DNA of 64,000 nt from an uncultured virus (IMG/VR IMGVR_UViG_2671181191_000004). Lineage: Duplodnaviria; Heunggongvirae; Uroviricota; Caudoviricetes. The notes beneath the pieces were generated by a model. That model was not told the DNA's origin and ran no database searches. It saw only the letters and a list, made by a program, of their open reading frames with translations. Where the stretch lies: IMG/VR virus record IMGVR_UViG_2671181191_000004, one strand, 5' to 3'. The position numbers were made by a program, and so were the translations under genes. Of the stretch, positions 1 to 9,858 are shown piece by piece. Numbering within the stretch: the first letter of the stretch is position 1; every line of letters starts with the position of its first letter.

Positions 1-21
1 TTGTGTTTGATTATTCAGCTT

Positions 22-1254
22 ATGGCAACAATCAGATTAACAGTATTAAGTTCCATTAAGGAACAAGATGGCAGACTGCCGATCTTAGTCTGTATCTCCC
101 AAAAGAAACAGCGGGCTTACATCAAAACAACCTTTCTATTGGATGATATCGCAGAATTCGAAAATGGAAAGGTCGCATATCGCAAAGATGCAAGTGTAAT
201 GAACAAACGATTAGAGTTTGTATTCTCACAATATAAAGATAAATTTGACTCCATAGAAAACATTGAGTATCTCTCTGCTATGCAGATCAAACAGATAATT
301 ATTTCTAAAGAACGTCCATCCCATATTTCATTCTTAGAATATTGGAAGAAACGAGTTGGTGAATTCAAAGAAGAAGGAAGAGAAAGTTATGCAAGAATGA
401 ATGAGGAAACAATACGCATCTTTACTATTGCTGAAGGAGACGTACCTATTCCTGCCATTAATACCATAATGATTGAACACTTCAAAAAGTGGATGATGAG
501 AAAAGGCTATGCAAATGGAAATATCGGATTAAGGCTTACCCATTTGAAAGCAAGAATCAACGAATTAATCAAAGCCGGCATTCTTAAACAAGATGTACAT
601 CCCTTTGCTTATACCAAAATCCCAACTGCCGAACCCAAGGAGTGCGATCTAACAATAGAGGAGTTTCAAAGAATACGAAATACCGAATTAGAAGGGAAGA
701 GGATTAGTTTAGGAAAAGACATGCTTCTACTATCTTTCTATTTATGCGGAATAAATCTGAAAGACCTATTATCAGTAAATCTATCATCAGACATTCTTTC
801 TTTCGAAAGAACTAAGACACTACATGCAAAGACAGGAAAAGCAAATATTACAATACCGATACATCCAGAAGCAAGAGCTATAATAAATAAGTATATTAAT
901 AAAAAAGGCATGCTGGATTTAGGGTATTCTTACACGTATTCTAATCTACAGAAGTATATAAACCTTTGCATGAGAGAGCTGAAAGACCGTTTAGGAATCA
1001 AGCAAACACTATGCTTCTATTCCGCTCGCAAAACTTTTGCTCAATTTGCATCAGAACTTGGCATACCAGACGGTGTGATAGACTACTGTCTAGGGCATTC
1101 GGACAAAAGCAAAGGAATTATTAGGTTCTATACAAAAGTCAAACAAAAGCAAGCTGAAATAGCAATCAATCGGGTGATCGATTACGTGAACAACCCCGAA
1201 AAATATAAAGACTACATCGAAATGAGAGCAGATATTATGATGATGAAAGGGTAA
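22..1254 (+). CDS. int: Tyrosine recombinase / phage integrase
   Basis: Arm-binding-like N-terminus; YSARKTFA, LGH and C-terminal Tyr (FYTK) motifs; likely start MATIRL at 22. Confidence 0.9.
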   Translation: MATIRLTVLSSIKEQDGRLPILVCISQKKQRAYIKTTFLLDDIAEFENGKVAYRKDASVMNKRLEFVFSQYKDKFDSIENIEYLSAMQIKQIIISKERPSHISFLEYWKKRVGEFKEEGRESYARMNEETIRIFTIAEGDVPIPAINTIMIEHFKKWMMRKGYANGNIGLRLTHLKARINELIKAGILKQDVHPFAYTKIPTAEPKECDLTIEEFQRIRNTELEGKRISLGKDMLLLSFYLCGINLKDLLSVNLSSDILSFERTKTLHAKTGKANITIPIHPEARAIINKYINKKGMLDLGYSYTYSNLQKYINLCMRELKDRLGIKQTLCFYSARKTFAQFASELGIPDGVIDYCLGHSDKSKGIIRFYTKVKQKQAEIAINRVIDYVNNPEKYKDYIEMRADIMMMKG

Positions 1255-1270
1255 TTGTGGTTCAGATACT

Positions 1271-1302
1271 ATCCCCGTAGTTGGGTTACTATGGGGATTT
1301 TT
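1271..1302 (+). terminator. Intrinsic terminator after the integrase
   Basis: ATCCCCGTAG...CTATGGGGAT hairpin followed by a T run. Confidence 0.7.
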
Positions 1303-1493
1303 CATTTTTTTGTGTTCGGACTAAACTTTTTAAAAGCTCATTAGTAATAGCACATGAAGACCAAGCAAGAGATGTGGATGCGTGCTGATGAGCTTGGTAG
1401 TCCAGGAGGCAGTCTTACGGCTGCCTTCTTCTTTAACCTAAAAAATACAAATGCAGGCAACTATATACAATATTTATTTGTTTATTTGCCACG

Positions 1494-1934
1494 ATGAAAA
1501 AGGATCTTCAACTTCATAAAATAGATATTTCAACCAGTCTGCCTTTAAAATATGCAGATGAAGGCATCAGGGCTGGCTTTCCCTCTCCGGCACAAGATTA
1601 CCTTGAACAAGCGATAGATTTGAATAAGGAACTCATAAAGCATCCGGCCAGCACATTCTACGGTCGTGTTATTGGTGACTCGATGCGTGATGAAGGTATC
1701 GAAGAGGGAGACATTCTTATCATAGACAAGTCATTGGAACTATTAGATGATGATTTAGCTGTTTGCTTCATTGACGGTGAATTTACAGTGAAGCGTGTAC
1801 GCTTAGAAACAGATGCAGCTTGGTTAATTCCTTCCAATCCGGACTATCCGCTAATCAAAGTCACTAAAGAAAATGAATTTATCGTTTGGGGAATAGTCAC
1901 CTACACCATAAAAAAGAATCGGAGAAAAAGATAA
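1494..1934 (+). CDS. umuD: UmuD-like S24 autopeptidase (Pol V accessory)
   Basis: AGFPSPAQDY cleavage motif, GDSM catalytic Ser, FTVKR catalytic Lys. Confidence 0.93.
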   Translation: MKKDLQLHKIDISTSLPLKYADEGIRAGFPSPAQDYLEQAIDLNKELIKHPASTFYGRVIGDSMRDEGIEEGDILIIDKSLELLDDDLAVCFIDGEFTVKRVRLETDAAWLIPSNPDYPLIKVTKENEFIVWGIVTYTIKKNRRKR

Positions 1935-3184
1935 TGTTCGGCCTTGTAGACTGCAACAACTTCTATGCGAGTTGTGAAAGGGTATTCAACCCCTCTCTAA
2001 ACGGGAAACCTATCGTTGTATTATCAAATAATGATGGATGTGTAATTGCACGAAGTAATGAAGCTAAGCTTCTTGGTATTAAAATGGGAGTACCAGCCTA
2101 CCAAATAAAGGATTTAGTAAAGAAACATGATGTAGCTGTATTTTCATCTAACTATGTGCTATATGGCGACATGTCCGGCCGAGTGATGTCAATGTTAGCG
2201 GAGTTGGCACCCGAAATTGAAGTTTATTCCATTGACGAAGCATTTCTCAATCTGACAGGGATTAAAGACCTACAATCACTTGGAACAAACATTGTACGGA
2301 AAGTATCTCGTGGTACCGGCATACCCGTAAGTATCGGCATTGCACCAACTAAAACACTTGCAAAGATGGCAAACAAATTTGCAAAGAAGTACCCAGCATA
2401 TAATCGCCTCTGTATTATTGATACAGAAGAGAAACATGAGAAAGCATTAAAACTGTTTGAGATTGGCGAAGTATGGGGGATTGGCCACCGGCAAGCGGCA
2501 AAGTTGGAAAAACAAGGAGTAAAAACAGCTTTTGATTTTACACAACTTCCTGGTTCATGGGTTAGAAAGAATATGACCGTTGTCGGTGAACGTACCTGGA
2601 AGGAACTTCGCGGAATATCTTGTATTGACATGGAAACAGCACCTCCGGCTAAAAAACAAATATGTACCAGCCGTTCCTTTGGTAAAATGGTAGAAGATAT
2701 AGATACTATGTCTGAAGCAATCGCAACGCATGCATCTACATGTGCGAAGAAGCTCAGACAACAAAAGTCTTACGCCATGTCTTTGATGGTATTCATTCAT
2801 ACAAATAACTTCCGGGAAGATCTACCACAGTACTGGAAGAATACAATTGTTCAATTTCCCATCCCGACTTCAGACACTTTAGAAATCGTTGAATATGCCT
2901 TGGCCGGACTAAAAACCATATTTATGGAAGGATATCAATACAAAAAAGCTGGTGTCATTATCACAGAGATAACCACAAATGCACAGTTGGGCCTCTTTGA
3001 CTCTGTTGATCGAGATAAACGAGAAAGATTAATGCAGGTAGTAGACAAGATCAATGGCAATCATCAGCATCATGTCAAACTCGCAATACAAGGATCAGGA
3101 AGAGATTGGAAACTCAAACAAGAACAGCTTTCCAGACGTTATACAACAGATATAAATGAGGTTATAATCATTAAATGTAAGTAA
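1934..3184 (+). CDS. umuC: Y-family DNA polymerase UmuC-like
   Basis: DCNNFYASCE, SNNDGC and YSIDEAF motifs; C-terminal LSRRYTT; start MFGLVD at 1934. Confidence 0.93.
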   Translation: MFGLVDCNNFYASCERVFNPSLNGKPIVVLSNNDGCVIARSNEAKLLGIKMGVPAYQIKDLVKKHDVAVFSSNYVLYGDMSGRVMSMLAELAPEIEVYSIDEAFLNLTGIKDLQSLGTNIVRKVSRGTGIPVSIGIAPTKTLAKMANKFAKKYPAYNRLCIIDTEEKHEKALKLFEIGEVWGIGHRQAAKLEKQGVKTAFDFTQLPGSWVRKNMTVVGERTWKELRGISCIDMETAPPAKKQICTSRSFGKMVEDIDTMSEAIATHASTCAKKLRQQKSYAMSLMVFIHTNNFREDLPQYWKNTIVQFPIPTSDTLEIVEYALAGLKTIFMEGYQYKKAGVIITEITTNAQLGLFDSVDRDKRERLMQVVDKINGNHQHHVKLAIQGSGRDWKLKQEQLSRRYTTDINEVIIIKCK

Positions 3185-3186
3185 GT

Positions 3187-3885
3187 ATGTGTTTTCATAA
3201 CTCCATGAGTGCAAAGGCAATCAAATTGGCTGCTCGATATGGCCGAAAGTCGGATGTAATTGAGATATACCAAGACATTCTCAATGAGCAATATCATGTT
3301 AACGCTTTCAACTTTCCGAAATATCCCATTGTTACAACCTCGGATGAAGTTCAAGTATTCAATTGGGGGCTAATCCCTTTTTGGACGAAAGACGAAACTA
3401 ATGCTGATGAAATCCGAAGAATGACACTTAATGCCCGGGCAGATACTATTTTTGAAAAGCCCTCATTTCGGGAACCGATTATGAAGAAACGTTGTATCGT
3501 GCCATCTACCGGTTACTTTGAATGGCGACACGAAGGCAGCAAGAAAATCCCCTACTACATCTACCTAAAAGACGAACCAATATTCTCTATGGCCGGAATA
3601 TATGATACTTGGCTTGATAAAGAGACTGGAGAGGAACATACAACATTTTCCATCATAACCACTGAAACGAACCCTCTTACAAATTACATCCACAACACCA
3701 AGCACCGTATGCCGACAATCTTATCTCCTGAGGATGAAGAAAAATGGTTGAATCCAGACTTATCGAAAACAGAAATATCATCTTTATTGAAGCCCTATGA
3801 TGCAAAACTGATGGATGCCTATATTATAGAGAATGACTTTATAAAGAAAGCATCAACAGATCCATCAATTTTGCAGAGAGTATAA
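3187..3885 (+). CDS. SOS response-associated peptidase (SRAP/HMCES/YedK family)
   Basis: N-terminal MC; WGLIPFW, NARADT, GYFEW and HRMP motifs. Confidence 0.9.
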   Translation: MCFHNSMSAKAIKLAARYGRKSDVIEIYQDILNEQYHVNAFNFPKYPIVTTSDEVQVFNWGLIPFWTKDETNADEIRRMTLNARADTIFEKPSFREPIMKKRCIVPSTGYFEWRHEGSKKIPYYIYLKDEPIFSMAGIYDTWLDKETGEEHTTFSIITTETNPLTNYIHNTKHRMPTILSPEDEEKWLNPDLSKTEISSLLKPYDAKLMDAYIIENDFIKKASTDPSILQRV

Positions 3886-3930
3886 AAAGGACAATTAATC
3901 ATGCCATCGTCCTTTTTATAAATTGTCCGC

Positions 3931-4449
3931 TTAGGATAACTTTTTTAGGCGATCTGCCCCCCAGACTTCCCCCATTTCACTATTATAGATAATAACATCT
4001 TGCATATATTGGGCTGGATAGACTCGATTACTATATTGGTTGAAGTTAGGCTTATACCATTGATTTATTACACAAATACTTCTACCAGGATAATATGCTT
4101 TCTTTTTCTCATTTAATTGGGGTTGCCAGCTAGAAATCAATAATGTTTCAACTATGGATATATTATCATGATCCGCATGATCCGAACAAGAAAAATTACC
4201 AACCCAAATATTTAATTCTCGGTCTATTTTATTGAATTTTCCATGATTATTACCCAATCTTTTATAAACATAGTCCTGTTCTGTAATGCCAACATAATCA
4301 GATACATTCCTATGCCGATATTCCTTACCTGTAAGTATATATAAATTGTTCTTACAATTTATATTCTCAATTTCCCATTCTTTTAGTTCTTCAAGAGTAA
4401 AGAATGGACCAATCCACCTTAAAATAAATATTTTATCAATACTTTCCAT
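3931..4449 (-). CDS. Hypothetical protein, possible GIY-YIG-like nuclease
   Basis: NLYILTG...YVGIT...RL...E...QPQLN pattern. Confidence 0.45.
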   Translation of the reverse strand: MESIDKIFILRWIGPFFTLEELKEWEIENINCKNNLYILTGKEYRHRNVSDYVGITEQDYVYKRLGNNHGKFNKIDRELNIWVGNFSCSDHADHDNISIVETLLISSWQPQLNEKKKAYYPGRSICVINQWYKPNFNQYSNRVYPAQYMQDVIIYNSEMGEVWGADRLKKLS

Positions 4450-4471
4450 AGTATAATAGTTTTAAAAAGTA

Positions 4472-4702
4472 CTATTTGAGCGATTCTTCCACAAATTCTT
4501 TCAGCCTATACAGTCGCGTAATGGCCGGATTGTAAAACCCATCCGGGTAATGCTGTTTAATGTCGTTGATATTAGCTCTCACATAAATACTGGTGTCAGT
4601 AATATGTTCAGCTTCACTTAATACTACCTCTTTGGGTAATTGTGCGTTCTCAGCCCATTTAATGATAGCGTTCACGCTCTCCTCATCATAATTGTATGCC
4701 AT
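4472..4702 (-). CDS. Small hypothetical protein
   Basis: 76-aa ORF with ATG start, co-oriented with neighbours. Confidence 0.6.
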   Translation of the reverse strand: MAYNYDEESVNAIIKWAENAQLPKEVVLSEAEHITDTSIYVRANINDIKQHYPDGFYNPAITRLYRLKEFVEESLK

Positions 4703-4730
4703 AGTAATTCAGCCTCTTTTACCCAATTTA

Positions 4731-5213
4731 TCAATTCATCAATGCTTGTATATTATTATCTTGTATAAAATTCTCGCATTGAGAACGTAGGGATTCTTTC
4801 AACGACAGTATTGTATTCCATTCTGACAAACGCTTATTTACCAATATATATTCTAATATTAAGCAAAACTCTACGATCTCTGGAAAATCGTCTTCTGTAT
4901 CCCACCATTCAATTACCAAGTTATCCAATGACTTTTCAATCACTTTATTAGACCAAGAATGTTTTCGAGCTTTTTCAAACTGTTTACCATTAACTAAACG
5001 GCCGCACATTCCACCTTTACGAAGTTTAATTTCCCCATTGTCTTCCAATCCAGAGCAACCTATGTATATCAAATATTTAGTATGCCCTTTAACTGCATAT
5101 ACTATGTAAACTCCACTTTTATTTTTCGGAGCATTACAAACGTTACTTAGCGAATCTGTACTTTTAAATTCAAAACTACCATTATTGGGATATTTATTAA
5201 GTAGGTCAAACAT
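4731..5213 (-). CDS. GIY-YIG-like nuclease domain protein
   Basis: SGVYIV...LIYIGCSG motif; start MFDLLN at 5213. Confidence 0.55.
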   Translation of the reverse strand: MFDLLNKYPNNGSFEFKSTDSLSNVCNAPKNKSGVYIVYAVKGHTKYLIYIGCSGLEDNGEIKLRKGGMCGRLVNGKQFEKARKHSWSNKVIEKSLDNLVIEWWDTEDDFPEIVEFCLILEYILVNKRLSEWNTILSLKESLRSQCENFIQDNNIQALMN

Positions 5214-5346
5214 AGGATTAAAATTTAAAGCTTCAACAAACATACAAATATATGAAATAAAGCAATATAGAAAGAACATTTATGTTATATAATACTTACT
5301 CCAGTTTTCGTTGGGCAAAATAAGTCAAAGTAAAAGACAGGCTATT

Positions 5347-6066
5347 TTATTTAGGCAAGGAGCAGAATTCCAGTTCTTTCTCTAATGATATAAATTCGCT
5401 ATCCCACATTAGCTTACCCGTCAAGAAAGATTTATATTGTTCGTAAAGATGGTGTTTCAAAATAAATGTAGATACTGCTGCCGAATAAGCCATTTTCCTT
5501 GAACCTCTATGCATTACATCTTTGACTCTCTGCAAAAAATAAGCAATATCGAGATCTTTCCATGGTTCTATATCTTTCAATGTTTTACCAATTTCAGCTA
5601 ACAAGCGAACTCTTGGACTATTTAGATATACTTGATTGTTTAAGTCAAGTATATTTATTGTGTTACTCCCTTTGACATTTTTATAGCATAAGAAACCATT
5701 TTGAAAATACAAATATTCCTTAGGATTATCAAATAATGGATTAACTATTTCAACAGTATTGGGGTCTATATTGCTTTTGTGTCTATTGCAATGATTCAAA
5801 GATGGTAATAAGTTCCCCCACTCAACGACTTTTTTAGAATATGGTACTTTAGGATAAAAATGATCGATCTGCATATCCTTCCCTTCTTCTTTCAGCCGCA
5901 CTTCAGAATAAGCACATTTTCCATAAGCAATTTCAAATACAGCATCTTTAATGAACTTTTTCTGCCAAACAGGATCTGTCTTGTCATTTTCAAATTGTTC
6001 AATAAGCGCTGACTCCATTTGAGGTGTCAGCTCTCTAGGTTTATTAGATAGGATTAGTTTAATCAT
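5347..6066 (-). CDS. HNH endonuclease, Septu PtuB-like
   Basis: KCAYSE...IDHFYPK...WGNLL...CNRHK; overlaps the stop of the upstream ATPase. Confidence 0.75.
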   Translation of the reverse strand: MIKLILSNKPRELTPQMESALIEQFENDKTDPVWQKKFIKDAVFEIAYGKCAYSEVRLKEEGKDMQIDHFYPKVPYSKKVVEWGNLLPSLNHCNRHKSNIDPNTVEIVNPLFDNPKEYLYFQNGFLCYKNVKGSNTINILDLNNQVYLNSPRVRLLAEIGKTLKDIEPWKDLDIAYFLQRVKDVMHRGSRKMAYSAAVSTFILKHHLYEQYKSFLTGKLMWDSEFISLEKELEFCSLPK

Positions 6067-7468
6067 GTTCGTTGTCGCGAATACCTTCAATTTGCAAAGG
6101 AATTAATTCTCTATCAATGCTACTAGGATGCAATATATTACTTAATTCACTAAAAATATTTTTTGCTTGTCTTGCATCTCCTTTTTGCAAAGCATCTTGT
6201 AATTGATTTATCAACACCATATATTTATCTGAACGAACCTCATCGCCTAAATTCATAATTTCACGAAGTATCTCTTCAACCGTCCAACCTTGAAAAGAAG
6301 TCTCTGGATAATGTGAAATTTTTATTGTATCATTATCTTTAACTAAGGCATAGAGATTTATTTTCTCAATAGATTGAACCAATAAAGGGCTATGTGTAGT
6401 TACAATAAATTGTGTCATTGGAAACATCTTACAAAGTTCAGATAAAATACTCCTCTGCCATGTCGGATGAAGATGCATATCTATTTCATCTACTAAAAGA
6501 ATAGCAGGTTCGTGAAAAGGATTTTTGGAATTGGGATATCTATCAAACAATTTCTTACAAAAATCAAAAATCCAAGAAAATGTACACTGATATCCATACC
6601 CCAAATCACTCAATCTATATCTTCCATCTTCTGTTACAAAATATACAAAACTATTCTCATTATCATCAAAACCTATTTCGATATCCTTTACATTTGGGAA
6701 AAGAGATGAATGACGAATTAAATTACGTACTTTCAAATATCTCGCACTTGCACCAGGTCGCTTATGATGTTTTGCAGTATCTAATTGTAATATCCACGAT
6801 TCAATATCAATCAGTCTATTGTCATCATAAAATAAAGATTCGCTATTCAAGAGATTTTCTAATCTTTTAGAGCCGAATTTTGAGTGCCTATTAGTCCCAT
6901 AAGCATCAATCCTTACCCTGCTTATATCTTCTGTTGGATCAACATAATTTGTTTTTTGGGTATATCCATATTTAGTCGGGGAAATTGATTCATGAAGCTG
7001 AGAGTTACCAGGCATCGGAAATCGCGTGGTATATCTAATTATTTCTTCAAAAGTAGATTTATTGATATTATCTTGGCGCTTTTTAATTTTCAAAAAATCA
7101 CATTCAATATCATATTGAATTTCACAATCATATCTCTCAACAACTCTAGGCTTATACATAGGCTTCTTGCTTAAATCAGGAGAAAGCATTCTATCCCCTA
7201 ACAGAACAGCTATGTCAAGATATAAGCGTTCTACTTTTTCTGCTGAAGAATCTACATTCTTAACATCATCTAATACAGGCTCTAAATTGGCAATGGCCTT
7301 CAATAAATTGGTTTTTCCAGTACCATTATCCCCTAATATTACTGTACATTGAGATAACTTCTTCCCACCATCATTCTTACAAAAAAAGAATTTATTTTCG
7401 CCTTTAAAACACTTATAATTATTCAGTGTCAAAGAACGAATATAAACAGGTTGTTTTTCTGTTGACAT
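6059..7468 (-). CDS. ABC/AAA ATPase, Septu PtuA-like
   Basis: Walker A GDNGTGKT, signature LSDLGYG, Walker B LLVDEIDMHLHP, TTHSP; start MSTEKQ at 7468. Confidence 0.8.
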   Translation of the reverse strand: MSTEKQPVYIRSLTLNNYKCFKGENKFFFCKNDGGKKLSQCTVILGDNGTGKTNLLKAIANLEPVLDDVKNVDSSAEKVERLYLDIAVLLGDRMLSPDLSKKPMYKPRVVERYDCEIQYDIECDFLKIKKRQDNINKSTFEEIIRYTTRFPMPGNSQLHESISPTKYGYTQKTNYVDPTEDISRVRIDAYGTNRHSKFGSKRLENLLNSESLFYDDNRLIDIESWILQLDTAKHHKRPGASARYLKVRNLIRHSSLFPNVKDIEIGFDDNENSFVYFVTEDGRYRLSDLGYGYQCTFSWIFDFCKKLFDRYPNSKNPFHEPAILLVDEIDMHLHPTWQRSILSELCKMFPMTQFIVTTHSPLLVQSIEKINLYALVKDNDTIKISHYPETSFQGWTVEEILREIMNLGDEVRSDKYMVLINQLQDALQKGDARQAKNIFSELSNILHPSSIDRELIPLQIEGIRDNEHD

Positions 7469-7558
7469 AATACATTTCCTTATATTCTCTTCGCAAATAT
7501 AAGCCAAAATTGGAATAGACATTCTTTTTCCCATTCTTTTTTTATTAAAATCAAATAT

Positions 7559-8011
7559 TTACCACCACCACAAATTATAACTCATTCCAACACCTAAATA
7601 CAAACCTCCCGGATAACCATACCCGACCTGCAAACCCAATCCCCAACGCTTCTTCTTAGGCGTAATGGTATGATAAATATCATTAGTTACCGTCTGATAC
7701 ACCGTCTTCGGAAATATCTGCAAGCTATCCAGCCTTGGACGACAACCACTCACCCATACTCGGTAAAGACTGTCTTCGTAATAAGCCTGCTCACGATATA
7801 CAACAGTGTCGCCGATACGCATAGTATCTGTTAACCGGAAGACCAATAAAGGGGCCATAGGTGGCGATATAAGCAATGTATCAACCTCTACAACAGTCTT
7901 TACCTTTGTCTCGGTACGTATTTCTGCCGGCAAAGGTTCGTGCGGACGGAACCAGGCAACCACACAAACCACTGCCAGCAATATAACTAATATCCAAGGC
8001 AACTTTTTCAT
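7559..8011 (-). CDS. Lysis-module membrane protein, putative spanin-like
   Basis: Follows the endolysin; N-terminal TM helix; C-terminal Gly/aromatic beta-strand-like segment. Confidence 0.55.
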   Translation of the reverse strand: MKKLPWILVILLAVVCVVAWFRPHEPLPAEIRTETKVKTVVEVDTLLISPPMAPLLVFRLTDTMRIGDTVVYREQAYYEDSLYRVWVSGCRPRLDSLQIFPKTVYQTVTNDIYHTITPKKKRWGLGLQVGYGYPGGLYLGVGMSYNLWWW

Positions 8012-8502
8012 GGCCGTACAACTACATTACGGAGAAAGTTAGAGAACTCACTACGTACATCAAAGCAAGGACACGCCTTAATATACTCTGCTAGCTCAAC
8101 TTCGCCGCTACCATCAAGGTCTGGCGAAGTGTCCCGGTGACCAAGAAGCTCAATAATCTGGTATTCCTTACAAAGTTTGGCAACCAGTTCTCGAAGTGCG
8201 GCCTTTTGTTCAGGCGTCCGGGTATCGGTTGGTTTCCCGTTTGCATCCAGACCACCAATATAACAGATGCCGATGCTGTGTTTATTATACGACTCTTTAG
8301 AAAACCCTTTCGTATTACAATGCGCCCCGTCGATAGAGAGAGGGCGTCCAGTCTCCACAGTCCCATCAAGGTCAATCACAAAGTTATAACCAATCTGATT
8401 AAAACCACGCGCCCGGTGCATCTGATCAATGTCTTTGGCCCGTAGGTCCTGCCCGGCACGTGTGGCCGAGCAATGGATGATAATTGCATCAATTGCTCTC
8501 AT
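8008..8502 (-). CDS. Endolysin, N-acetylmuramoyl-L-alanine amidase (T7 lysozyme-like)
   Basis: IIIHCSAT, SIGICYIGG, GHRD and KACPCF zinc-amidase motifs. Confidence 0.92.
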   Translation of the reverse strand: MRAIDAIIIHCSATRAGQDLRAKDIDQMHRARGFNQIGYNFVIDLDGTVETGRPLSIDGAHCNTKGFSKESYNKHSIGICYIGGLDANGKPTDTRTPEQKAALRELVAKLCKEYQIIELLGHRDTSPDLDGSGEVELAEYIKACPCFDVRSEFSNFLRNVVVRP

Positions 8503-8993
8503 TTAACTTCCTCCTTATCAATTTCGTTTTCAATTCTTTCAATCACTCCCTGGACGTGAGAGGGCATCGCACGTTTGAACTCAAACCTAATCAAGTGATA
8601 GATTATCCGGAATGCTTTGTTTTTGGGATACGCAACAATCAGATTTTTAAAAGCATTTTGCAGATACACGTATGAGAAGACATACGTAATAGTCTTTATC
8701 ACAATGAGGGAACTATCTCCATCCCCTATTGAATCCATGAAGACAAACACCACCTCGATAATAACCAGATATAAGAGCAGCTCTGCCAATGCATTTTTAA
8801 ACTTGCTCCATTTAAAGTTCTGGCACCGAACTATACTCACTCCATCAGCCCGCATGCCACACCAGATATTGAAGGCAAACATCACTGCCAAAGCTATTAA
8901 AAAGCCTTTGGTCGGTGTCAAGTACGCCAACAATGAGCTGAACAATGACACACATATCACTCTAATTTGATCTAACGTAAATAATCTCTCCAT
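8499..8993 (-). CDS. Putative holin
   Basis: Several TM segments, charged C-terminus, ATGA overlap with the endolysin. Confidence 0.75.
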   Translation of the reverse strand: MERLFTLDQIRVICVSLFSSLLAYLTPTKGFLIALAVMFAFNIWCGMRADGVSIVRCQNFKWSKFKNALAELLLYLVIIEVVFVFMDSIGDGDSSLIVIKTITYVFSYVYLQNAFKNLIVAYPKNKAFRIIYHLIRFEFKRAMPSHVQGVIERIENEIDKEEVK

Positions 8994-9159
8994 TTTGCAT
9001 ATATCTATTTTAATACTAATTTTGTAGGATCACAGTAGTTTTTAAACTACAAAATCCCGATCCAGCTTGTGAAAGTAGGACGGGATTTCTTAAAACAAAA
9101 AGCCCATCAACAACACCTAATACGGGCTGTCAATGGGCATAATCACATGCACAAAGGTA

Positions 9160-9780
9160 CTAATTATCTTCTAATTTACAAGCCTTTTCCTCCATTCTTA
9201 TAAGATGATTATTAAGGGTTACCAAGTGGCATTTAAGTTTGCGGCAGATAGCAGCCTTTGACTTTCCTTCAGCAAGCATCTTATCAATAAGTTCCGCTTT
9301 CTTATCAAGCTTATAGTGAGTGTTTTTTTCACCAGCTTGCCGGCCTAATTTTTTCCCTGAAGCTTTTCGCCATGCCAGTGCTTCTTTAGTTCGTTGGCTA
9401 ATTAGGTCGCGTTCGATCTGAGCTGACAGTCCGAAAGCAAAAGCGAGTACCTGACTGTTGATATTATTACCAAGCTCATACTTCTCTTTTACAGTCAACA
9501 CAAAGGTTTCCTTCGTCATGCAAAGATTGAGCATCGACATAATACTCATCAAGTTTCTACCCAAGCGGCTGATTTCAGAGATAACCAAAGTATCCCCTTT
9601 CTTCATTTTCCTAAGTAGTGGACCAAGACGACGTTCTTTCGCAGACTTGGTTCCCGTCACCTGTTCTGATACCCATAAATCTATTTTTAAACCTTTCGAT
9701 TCTGCGAATTTTTCAATCTCGAAACGCTGATTCTCTTTAATCTGTTTATCGGTTGAGATTCGAATGTATGCGTAAATCAT
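9160..9780 (-). CDS. Serine recombinase / DNA invertase (Mpi/Pin-like)
   Basis: MIYAYIRISTDKQ catalytic Ser, SRLGR and ERDLISQRT motifs, C-terminal HTH. Confidence 0.92.
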   Translation of the reverse strand: MIYAYIRISTDKQIKENQRFEIEKFAESKGLKIDLWVSEQVTGTKSAKERRLGPLLRKMKKGDTLVISEISRLGRNLMSIMSMLNLCMTKETFVLTVKEKYELGNNINSQVLAFAFGLSAQIERDLISQRTKEALAWRKASGKKLGRQAGEKNTHYKLDKKAELIDKMLAEGKSKAAICRKLKCHLVTLNNHLIRMEEKACKLEDN

Positions 9781-9834
9781 TTTTGCCTGTGAAGATAGTG
9801 ATATCATACAGGGTAAACAAACAATGAATCAAAC

Positions 9835-9858
9835 GTCCGTTAAAAGTGAATAGGTATG
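9835..9858 (+). repeat. Shufflon recombination site 1
   Basis: GTCCGTTAAAAGTGAATAGGTATG; ends in the cassette start codon. Confidence 0.9.

Noticed and set aside
1..1493. attL/attR core near the integrase
   Set aside because: No matching repeat or host gene is visible; the boundary probably lies outside the window
5347..7534. Retron (Ec78-type) system
   Set aside because: PtuAB-like genes are present but no RT gene or msr-msd inverted repeats were seen nearby
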